From: Methanobacteriota archaeon
Lineage (GTDB): Archaea > Thermoplasmatota > Poseidoniia > Poseidoniales > Poseidoniaceae
Direction of reading: 5' to 3'
DNA length: 64,000 nt
Assembly (NCBI GenBank): GCA_038104845.1
Contig: JAYOBJ010000006.1
Span: forward strand, 10,994-74,993
The notes below the pieces were generated by a model. That model was not told the origin of the DNA. It was given only the letters and a program-made list of their open reading frames with translations, and made no database searches. Of this stretch, positions 45,968-53,291 are shown in pieces. The translations under genes were made by a program, and so were the position numbers. Position 1 is the stretch's first letter. Every line of letters begins with the position of its first letter.

Positions 45968-48784
45968 TCAAGCTTCAGCGGGTTGACCGGCTTGGACATC
46001 GCCACCAACGAGTGCTTTCTTCTCGTTGACTTGGCGTGCCAGGAAGGACACCACGTCCAGGATCTCGATGTCCTGGTAGGCTTCGTCACCTTCGAATTTC
46101 AGGCACTCAAAGTGCGACACACACTTGGGGCAGGAGGTCAGCATGGTCTCAGCACCGGTGGCCCGCACTTCTTCCATACGCGTCACGCGCAGTGAACGTG
46201 CGTTCTCGTTGCACGACATCATGCTCGACACGCCGCAACACATGGCGTCCTCGCCGTGGTGCTCCATCTCCACGAGTTCAACGCCCTCCACGGAGGTGAT
46301 GAGGTCACGGGGTTCATCGTACACGCCCATTTGCCGACCCAATCGGCACGGGTCGTGGAAGGTCACCGTCGTGTCTTCGGTCTTGAGGTCCATGTCAAAG
46401 CCCTGCTCGAGCAGGAACTCGGTGGTGTGCATGACCTTGACATCCTCCAACTCGTAGTCACGAGCAAAGGTTCGGAAACACTCGGCGCAGGACGACACCA
46501 GCGTGTCAATGCCGGATTCGTTGATCTTCCGCTGGTTGTAGGCCTTGAGTTTCTCGAAGACTTCATCCAGACCCTGCCATTTTTGGTCGTGGCCACAGCA
46601 CTTCAGGAAGTCACGACCGAGGTAGGCCACGTCCGTGCCCATTTCCTCAAACAGCGTGAATGCGGCCGTGGTGGTGTCACCGAGGTTCATGGTGCCTTCG
46701 TTCACATGGGAGAAGACCATCTCCTGATCGAGGTAGTCGACGCAGCCAGGGTAGTAACCCACGTTGGACGTGATTGGGTAGTCCTCCACGGCGATGAAGT
46801 CCTCATCAGCAGCTTCGTCGGCTTCGGCGTTGAGCACAGCTTGGAGCACCGTGTGAGGGATCTCGGCTTGAGGACCGCCCACGATCAAACTGCGACGGAT
46901 GTCAACGTACGAGTCGTAATCCACGAGTTGGGGGCAGGCATTGGTGCACGCTGAACAGGTCAAACATGAATACAGCGGCACACCGTCGTCTTCGTTGTTC
47001 CACGAGTTGTAAATGATGTTGAGTTTGTCACCGCCGTTGAACAAACGGACAGGGCAGGCGTCGTCGCAGAGGTCACAACCGTAGCACTTGTTCATCTCAA
47101 ATTCGTACCCACGAGCCATGTAGCGCAACAGAACAAAGACAAGGGCCCCAAAGGTCACGGAAGGAATGAACATAGCATACGTGAGTTTGGCGTCCAAGGA
47201 TTTTGGATTTTGATGGAAACTGGGGTTCTCGATGACGCCGAAGGCCGTGCCGCCCAGCGCCATCTCATCGGCGTTGGAGAGGTTGACCGTGTGACCTGCG
47301 AGGGAGGCTGGAGCGTCGTCGTTCCAAATCAGCAAAGGTTGGTAGGCAGCGACCGTGAAGGCCGTCTCGGTGCTGATGCTGTTGTTCTCAGCGAGCGCAC
47401 CGCTCACAACCACTTCATAGGTGTAGTCGTAGGTGCCGACCGACAATTCGGTGGTGTCGCCCGCACAGTTCTCGAACGAACTGACCACGTTGCCGTTGGC
47501 GTCGGTCACGGTGAGCGTGGTGGCGACCATGGCTTGGGTGTTGATGCCGTCGATCTTTCGCTCGCTCGAGCGGTATTCACAACCCAGGTCGGTCGTGATG
47601 CCGTCGTTGGTGACTTCCTCTGGGTGGCCCTCTGGGAAGTACGTGGTGTCCTCGGTCACGGTGAACTGTCCGGTTGCAGTCCATCCTTCACCACCAAAGA
47701 ACGTGGTCGTCCCGTGGGCTCCGTTGACGCCGTTGTCAAGGTCTTGATGGCCGTTGGCATCGCTGAAGTCCGTGATGATGTAACGGGCCGGTTGGTAGAT
47801 GTTCCAATCAAGCCATGCGGCTGTGGGAACGACACCCGATTCGGACCAACCGCGATCGTCCGTGAATTCGTTCACATCGTGGACGTGGACATCGCTGGGT
47901 TGGGTGCGCATGGCCTCGAGTTCGCCGTAATCCTTGATGGTCAGCAGACCTTTGGCGTCCCAGAACCCTTTGTCGTAGGTGTCGAAGGTGGCGACGGTCG
48001 CAGCTGAGGAGATGATGAGGGCGCCAACGAGAAGTTGACGGCTCTTGGCGACCGTAAAGCCAGCACCCAGGGCCCTTACCAAGAGGATTCGGCCGATGAA
48101 GTACACCACGATCCACATCAAGACCCCAGTCATGACCCACGGTATGGAGTTGAACACGTCCGCAATCCACGGGTCGCGTGTGCCGCACAACAGGTCGCCG
48201 TGCGAGTCCAACTTACAGAAATCGGACCGGTTTTTCCCGTACAATTCCAAGAAGATGTTGATGGAAAACACCGAAATGAACCAAATGTGGGCGAGGTAAA
48301 CCGCTCCAGCGGCAGCGAACCATGGGTCCTCCACCGGTCGCTTCTCACGCCCGCCGAGGAAGGGTGGAAGGGCAAGGATGCCGACGGGAATGCCGGTCAG
48401 CGCAGCGCCCCACCATGCAGCGTTCCATGGGAACACCGGTTGACCCACAATGTCGCCGATGAATCCGGTGGGCACCACAAACTGGGGAAGGTATTCACCC
48501 CAGCGAAGGTAACCGTACGAAAACAGAACGTACCAATCGGGGAACACGAACCCTGCTTGTGCGTAGGGGTCAGCAGCACCGTGCAACGGTGGTGGAATCA
48601 ACCATGCGTAAAACAGGAGGATGGAGATCATCGATGCGAAGATGATGGTGTCGCGCAGCACTTCGTGCGGCCAAAAACCGTGACCGGTGCGCGTGCGTTT
48701 ACGCTTCTCTTCCGCTTTCTGCAGTTGTTCTTTTTCCTCCATGTACATGGAGGCAACTCGGCCAAAATTGTCAATCAGTCCCAT
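45968..48784 (-). CDS. Fusion protein: cytochrome b C-terminal (subunit IV-like) domain + extra TMs + ~280-aa outer-face insert + TM + HdrD/GlcF-like 2x[4Fe-4S] and 2x CCG domains
   Basis: WPHEVLRD...ADPYAQAGFVFPDWYVLFSYGYLRW is the PEWY loop region. CYGCDLCDDACP and CLTCSACTNACP. Cys-rich CCG repeats (YYPGC...KCCGHD...SSCAEC; HDPC...MCCGVS...SCPKC). A single uninterrupted ORF of 938 codons. Confidence 0.85.
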   Translation of the reverse strand: MGLIDNFGRVASMYMEEKEQLQKAEEKRKRTRTGHGFWPHEVLRDTIIFASMISILLFYAWLIPPPLHGAADPYAQAGFVFPDWYVLFSYGYLRWGEYLPQFVVPTGFIGDIVGQPVFPWNAAWWGAALTGIPVGILALPPFLGGREKRPVEDPWFAAAGAVYLAHIWFISVFSINIFLELYGKNRSDFCKLDSHGDLLCGTRDPWIADVFNSIPWVMTGVLMWIVVYFIGRILLVRALGAGFTVAKSRQLLVGALIISSAATVATFDTYDKGFWDAKGLLTIKDYGELEAMRTQPSDVHVHDVNEFTDDRGWSESGVVPTAAWLDWNIYQPARYIITDFSDANGHQDLDNGVNGAHGTTTFFGGEGWTATGQFTVTEDTTYFPEGHPEEVTNDGITTDLGCEYRSSERKIDGINTQAMVATTLTVTDANGNVVSSFENCAGDTTELSVGTYDYTYEVVVSGALAENNSISTETAFTVAAYQPLLIWNDDAPASLAGHTVNLSNADEMALGGTAFGVIENPSFHQNPKSLDAKLTYAMFIPSVTFGALVFVLLRYMARGYEFEMNKCYGCDLCDDACPVRLFNGGDKLNIIYNSWNNEDDGVPLYSCLTCSACTNACPQLVDYDSYVDIRRSLIVGGPQAEIPHTVLQAVLNAEADEAADEDFIAVEDYPITSNVGYYPGCVDYLDQEMVFSHVNEGTMNLGDTTTAAFTLFEEMGTDVAYLGRDFLKCCGHDQKWQGLDEVFEKLKAYNQRKINESGIDTLVSSCAECFRTFARDYELEDVKVMHTTEFLLEQGFDMDLKTEDTTVTFHDPCRLGRQMGVYDEPRDLITSVEGVELVEMEHHGEDAMCCGVSSMMSCNENARSLRVTRMEEVRATGAETMLTSCPKCVSHFECLKFEGDEAYQDIEILDVVSFLARQVNEKKALVGGDVQAGQPAEA

Positions 48785-48800
48785 GATTCATCCTCCAAGA

Positions 48801-49658
48801 TCAGTGCGGCTCCGCGATGCCTTGCACCCAGACAATAAACAAGTGAATGATGATGAGCGTCGTCACGATGACGGGCAAGATGAACACGTGGATGAAGTAC
48901 ATACGCGTGACCGTCAAGGGCGTCAACTCCGAACCGGAGAAGAGCAAGGTGGCCACGTATTTGCCAACCAACGGACTCGAATTGGCCAAATTGATGCCGA
49001 TGATGGCAGCACCGTAGGCGAGGCTGTCCCACGGCAAGAGGTAGCCCGAATATCCAAAGACGATGGTGAGGGCCATCAGGGCCACACCGATGAGCCAGTT
49101 CAACTCACGTGGGTTGCGGTATGCACCGGTGAAGTACACGCGACACATGTGCAAGAACACGCTGGCCACCATGAAGTGCGTCGTCCAGTGGTGAACCGCC
49201 CGCAGGATGTAGCCAAACGGCAACTGGGTCATGATGTACTCCATGCTGGCGTAGGCTGGCGAGGGGTCACCCTCGCCGCCGGGCACGTAGTAAATCCCCA
49301 GCACGGTCCCGGTGATCACGAGGATGATGAACGACAGGAAGGAGATGCCCCCCAAGCAGTACAGCGGGTACCAGTACCAGATGATGCGAAGTTTGTACTT
49401 CTCTGCGTGGGTCAACGGCATTTGACGGTGCATGTTGTAGTAGGCGCCTTTGGACATGTTCCAGTAGTCCTGCAGACGGAATCGGGTGTCCAACCACGAG
49501 AACACCCAGAGGAACGACCTTTCCGCCACGCCCATCTTGCCGGAGGATTCGACGGCACGAAGGATGTCGCGCCGAGGCATTTCTTCGCTCTCTTTGCGCA
49601 GCGTGAACGCCACCAAGACCACGAGGAAAACGATGAAGAACCAAAGCACCCAGAACAT
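48801..49658 (-). CDS. Cytochrome b, N-terminal di-heme domain (b6-like, 4 helices)
   Basis: RAVHHWTTHFMVASVFLHMCRVYFTGAY, NWLIGVALMALTIVFGYSGYLLPWD, MYFIHVFILPVIVTTLIIIHL (His pairs for hemes bL/bH). ATG at 49658; the track start is TTG. Confidence 0.9.
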   Translation of the reverse strand: MFWVLWFFIVFLVVLVAFTLRKESEEMPRRDILRAVESSGKMGVAERSFLWVFSWLDTRFRLQDYWNMSKGAYYNMHRQMPLTHAEKYKLRIIWYWYPLYCLGGISFLSFIILVITGTVLGIYYVPGGEGDPSPAYASMEYIMTQLPFGYILRAVHHWTTHFMVASVFLHMCRVYFTGAYRNPRELNWLIGVALMALTIVFGYSGYLLPWDSLAYGAAIIGINLANSSPLVGKYVATLLFSGSELTPLTVTRMYFIHVFILPVIVTTLIIIHLFIVWVQGIAEPH

Positions 49659-49676
49659 TGTTGTCAAACGATCACC

Positions 49677-50528
49677 TCAGTCACAGAACGTGTACCAATC
49701 CACGTAGTCGGTCAAGCCCTCAATGGTGTCACCGTTGAGTTGAATGGGGATGATGGGCAGACCCACAGGGGCAGGCCCGCCGGCACGGCGGATACCAGCG
49801 TACTTGAACGTGGCACCGGTTGAGCGGTTTCGGTTGGAGTTCATCTCAAGCACCGTGGGGTCAAAACGGGAGGAATGGCAAATGCAGAACAGCTTGGTAC
49901 CACCGTCGTCACCGCCACCGGGCGTCCAGGAATCCTCAGTGAACGAATTGGACACCAGTTGCCAACCGGGGATGCAGCACAAATGCGTGCAGCGGCCGAA
50001 CACCATGACGAGGTCGTCGCTTGGCATCAGGCGGGGGTCGGCTTCGGCCAAGTCTTCGAAGTGACCGACGTACTTGCCCGTCTCATCGTAGCCTTCGGTG
50101 AACTGGAACCGGGCTTTGCCGTTGCTTTCGGGCGTGCCAGCGTTGCGGCTGTGCTCGACGTACATCACCACGACAGGGACACCGTTCCATACACCCGAAG
50201 CACCGGCCGTCCCGGTGCTCGAGTTGGCGGCTTCAGCAACGAAGTCAGATTTGGTCATGGGTTGCAGGTGCTTGGCGCCGTACCAAGCCTCGTCTTCACG
50301 TCCCTTGGCCCAGAAGTTGACCGCAAGATCACCACCGCCGCCACCGCCGGGTGGAAGGAGAATGGCGGCGAAGCCCAACATGCCCAAGGAGGCCGTGAGC
50401 ACACCGGCGGCGGTGTTGAATCCGTAACGAAGGAACTGCCGTCGGTTGATGGTGGTGTGCATGCCGGCACCTTCGGCATCGTCAAGTCCGGGTGCGGGTT
50501 TGAGTTCGTATTCACGTGCCATGTCCAT
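49677..50528 (-). CDS. Rieske [2Fe-2S] protein with twin-arginine signal
   Basis: INRRQFLRYGFNTAAGVLTA (Tat motif plus TM). CTHLCC ...(29 aa)... CICHSS cluster-binding boxes. The ATG at 50528 shares one nt with the upstream stop (TGATG). Confidence 0.9.
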   Translation of the reverse strand: MDMAREYELKPAPGLDDAEGAGMHTTINRRQFLRYGFNTAAGVLTASLGMLGFAAILLPPGGGGGGDLAVNFWAKGREDEAWYGAKHLQPMTKSDFVAEAANSSTGTAGASGVWNGVPVVVMYVEHSRNAGTPESNGKARFQFTEGYDETGKYVGHFEDLAEADPRLMPSDDLVMVFGRCTHLCCIPGWQLVSNSFTEDSWTPGGGDDGGTKLFCICHSSRFDPTVLEMNSNRNRSTGATFKYAGIRRAGGPAPVGLPIIPIQLNGDTIEGLTDYVDWYTFCD

Positions 50529-50971
50529 CACCACTTGTATTCACGCCAGTCTTTCTGGTGTTCCGGAATGAATTTGTTTTGTGCGTGCTTGACGATGATG
50601 GTGTCGGGCAGGATGAACTTCAGGTAGATGACACCGACCATGATGAGGGTGGTGAACGTCATGGCCAAGTGGAACGAAAGTTGCTGCTGGTCCCATTTTT
50701 TGGCGAGCCCGTACACCATCGAGAAACTCCAGTAGCAGATCCAAAACAGACCCCAAGCGAGGAAGAACATGGCGAGGTACGACCCACCCGAGGGTGCAAG
50801 CGAAGCGGAAACGATGGTGCCCGGTTCAGCGACGTTGAACACACCGTGGTCAATGGCGTCCGACATCTGGTCCTCCGTCAACTCAGCGCCTTCGAGGGCG
50901 GTGCGGGCGTCCTCAACGCTCACCGAGCCGTCGGCCACCTTTCGCAGCAGTTGGGATACGGTGTCGTCCAT
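50528..50971 (-). CDS. Small membrane protein (soluble helical N-domain + 3 TM), occupying the CbsB position of the operon
   Basis: 147 aa. SQLLRKVADGSVSVEDARTALEG, then three hydrophobic helices. TGATG coupling at both ends. Confidence 0.6.
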   Translation of the reverse strand: MDDTVSQLLRKVADGSVSVEDARTALEGAELTEDQMSDAIDHGVFNVAEPGTIVSASLAPSGGSYLAMFFLAWGLFWICYWSFSMVYGLAKKWDQQQLSFHLAMTFTTLIMVGVIYLKFILPDTIIVKHAQNKFIPEHQKDWREYKW

Positions 50972-51816
50972 CACTGGTCACCTCGACGCATGAGTTTGTA
51001 GCGCAGACGAAGCTGATTGCTTCGGCCTTTGTACGAAGTGGAGAAGCCGTACCTCAGCAGCAAGCCTGCGAAGGCAACAACGCCCAGGACGGCACCGAAC
51101 CCGAGCAAACCGAGCCAATGGGCACGGAGTTTCGCACCCATGTGGTGCAGGTCAACACCGTGGGATTCGGGTTCGGGCGCTGACACTTCGCCATCGCCGG
51201 CGAAGAGGGTTCGCGTGCCCATGGCGGCGGACGTTTCGTCGCCCTCGTTGAGACCGAAATTGAACTGATTCCAACGGTCTTCGACACCGGGCACCTGATC
51301 CCCGTTCACCGAGTTGCCAGCGATGTAGAAGTAAGCCACACCTGCGCCGGCGTCAGCAGGAGCCGTCCAGACAAAGTCCCACGCACGGTCAGAGGTGGCG
51401 GAGGAGGCTTCCGTGTGGGTCAAGGCCTGAAGGTCAACGGCACCGTCGATCTCAGGGTTTTGGGCCATGTCGCTGGACAGTTCGCCCAAGGTCACTCGCA
51501 TCGAGAAGCCAGCGGTGTAGGTGCCGGTGGCAGGCGGCCCGCCAATCAGTTGGAGGCGAAGGTCGTAGGTTTGGCCGGCTTCGTAAGCGTAGGGAACGTG
51601 GTCAACCACCACCTGGACCGAGTTGTCGGCGACCTCGTTGTGGCAGAGGCAGCCAGATTTGGCGACGTCGTCGATCTCCACCGTACCGGTGGAACCTTGA
51701 TGGGTGTGGGAACCGGCGATGCCACCGTGGTACGAAGAGGCCAGCGTAGGGAAGAGGAGCAGCAGACCCACCAAGGTCAACAGCCCAATTCGCGATGTTT
51801 GAGTGGTTTTGAGCAT
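50971..51816 (-). CDS. Secreted protein with C-terminal TM anchor; His-rich N-terminus and CLCH motif (candidate redox subunit)
   Basis: Signal peptide IGLLTLVGLLLLFPTLASS, then YHGGIAGSHTHQG and SGCLCHNE. A beta-rich domain. C-terminal WLGLLGFGAVLGVVAFAGLLL followed by a basic tail. Confidence 0.65.
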   Translation of the reverse strand: MLKTTQTSRIGLLTLVGLLLLFPTLASSYHGGIAGSHTHQGSTGTVEIDDVAKSGCLCHNEVADNSVQVVVDHVPYAYEAGQTYDLRLQLIGGPPATGTYTAGFSMRVTLGELSSDMAQNPEIDGAVDLQALTHTEASSATSDRAWDFVWTAPADAGAGVAYFYIAGNSVNGDQVPGVEDRWNQFNFGLNEGDETSAAMGTRTLFAGDGEVSAPEPESHGVDLHHMGAKLRAHWLGLLGFGAVLGVVAFAGLLLRYGFSTSYKGRSNQLRLRYKLMRRGDQ

Positions 51817-51995
51817 GGCCTCACCCTCTGCTCTTTCCGACTTGGGTGGACTCCTTAAACATTGTCAGCAAAACACCCGCGAATCTGCGGCGCAGTGCAC
51901 CGTTTTTTTGTGACTTTCCCGCCCCAACACCTATCATTCAAGCCAGCCTTGGCGGCAGGATTTTTTAGGGCCGAAGACAGGATGGGCCGGCCATC

Positions 51996-52295
51996 ATGTC
52001 GAACCACGCATTTGAGAACACCTACGGGCTGTCAAACGAGCAACTTGAACGCTTGGATGAAGCCGAGGACCTGATGGTCAAAGGGGCCCTCGGTCGGGCA
52101 GAAACGACGTTGCTTGACATGCTCAACGCCGACCCCGAATGCATCCCCGTGCTGTCCAACCTCGGCCACCTGTACGGACGATACCTGTCCGAGTTTGAGA
52201 ACGCTGTGAAGTATTACAACAAGGTCTTGGAGCTTGAACCGGACAATGCATGGGCCCGGGATGCGCGCCGACGGTACCTCCGCTATGTGGAATGA
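51996..52295 (+). CDS. Small TPR-repeat protein
   Basis: LSNLGHLYGRYLSEFENAVKYYNKVLELEPDNAWA is a canonical TPR. Confidence 0.7.
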   Translation: MSNHAFENTYGLSNEQLERLDEAEDLMVKGALGRAETTLLDMLNADPECIPVLSNLGHLYGRYLSEFENAVKYYNKVLELEPDNAWARDARRRYLRYVE

Positions 52296-52376
52296 GCACA
52301 CGCACTGGGCACAGCACTCAAATGAGATTGGAAGCCTACGCCAAAGTTCTTTGAGAACCACCCAACAACTTCGGCC

Positions 52377-53291
52377 ATGGACCCCGCCACCATCCTCATC
52401 GCGGGCGTCGGCGGATTGGGGTGTGCTTGGGCCAAACAAGCCCATGAAAAGTCGGGTGGAGGTGTCCATTTAGCACTGATTGATGCCGACGAACGGAGCT
52501 TTGCTACCGGTGAAGGCATCCACGTGCTGCGACTCGGCCACACCCTTGACCAAGTTGGGTGTGCAGCCTTGCCTCCACTCGCCGAGCAGCGCATGCGTGG
52601 GTTAGCCTCACTTACAGCAAGCGTCCTTGAACCCACCGAATTGGTGGTGTTGTTGACCGCCTTGGGCGGCGGATGCGGCACGGGGGCCGCCCAGGAATTC
52701 GCACGCCAGGCTCGCCAGCGTGGCGCCATCGTGTTGGCCGTTGCGGCCTTGCCCTTCGAAGCCCAGCACACGCGACTGAAGATCGCCGAGGCGGGTTTGG
52801 CCCGATTGGAAGCGATGGCCCACATCACGGTTCGTCTCTCGCTCGATCGCTTGGCCCGACAGGCACGCGATCGAGGCCAGCAGTGGCACATGGGTTCGGA
52901 ATGGATCGAAGATTTGGTTGACGGGCTGGTTCGGACCCTGATGCGCATGGGCCTCATCAACCTCGATCTGATGGACTTGAGGGCCGTTGTTGACCAGGAC
53001 GGCGAAGCAACGATGCTCGTTGGCGTCGGCCGTCCCGACGACCCGCGCGGCATTCTTGAATCGGCGCTGAAGGCCCCCCTCGCCGCCATGGACGTGGGTG
53101 GTGCGACAGGATGCCTGATTCAAGTGGAGGGTGGGCCGGGCATGACCATCGGCCAGGTGGACGCCGTGGCGTCCTTGTTCACCAGCGCCCTCGACGAAGG
53201 AGCGCACGTCATCCTCGGTGCCCGCGTCAGCGATGACCTCGAGGACAGCATCCGCGTGGTGACCTTGCTGTCCGGGATACGACCGGATTAA
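52377..53291 (+). CDS. Divergent, tail-less FtsZ-family protein
   Basis: IAGVGGLGCAWA (G-box), LGGGCGTGAAQEFA (tubulin signature with Thr to Cys), PFEAQHTR, INLDLMDLRAVV (T7 loop NxDxxD), GATGCLIQVEGG...ILGARVSDDL. 304 aa with no C-terminal linker or peptide. Confidence 0.8.
   Translation: MDPATILIAGVGGLGCAWAKQAHEKSGGGVHLALIDADERSFATGEGIHVLRLGHTLDQVGCAALPPLAEQRMRGLASLTASVLEPTELVVLLTALGGGCGTGAAQEFARQARQRGAIVLAVAALPFEAQHTRLKIAEAGLARLEAMAHITVRLSLDRLARQARDRGQQWHMGSEWIEDLVDGLVRTLMRMGLINLDLMDLRAVVDQDGEATMLVGVGRPDDPRGILESALKAPLAAMDVGGATGCLIQVEGGPGMTIGQVDAVASLFTSALDEGAHVILGARVSDDLEDSIRVVTLLSGIRPD

Noticed and set aside
51640-51651. CLCH as a heme c attachment site
   Set aside because: Covalent heme c attachment uses CxxCH (rarely CxnCH with n of 3 or more, or CxxCK). 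I know of no CxCH site, and no cytochrome c maturation genes are visible. I kept it only as a possible metal or heme b ligand cluster.
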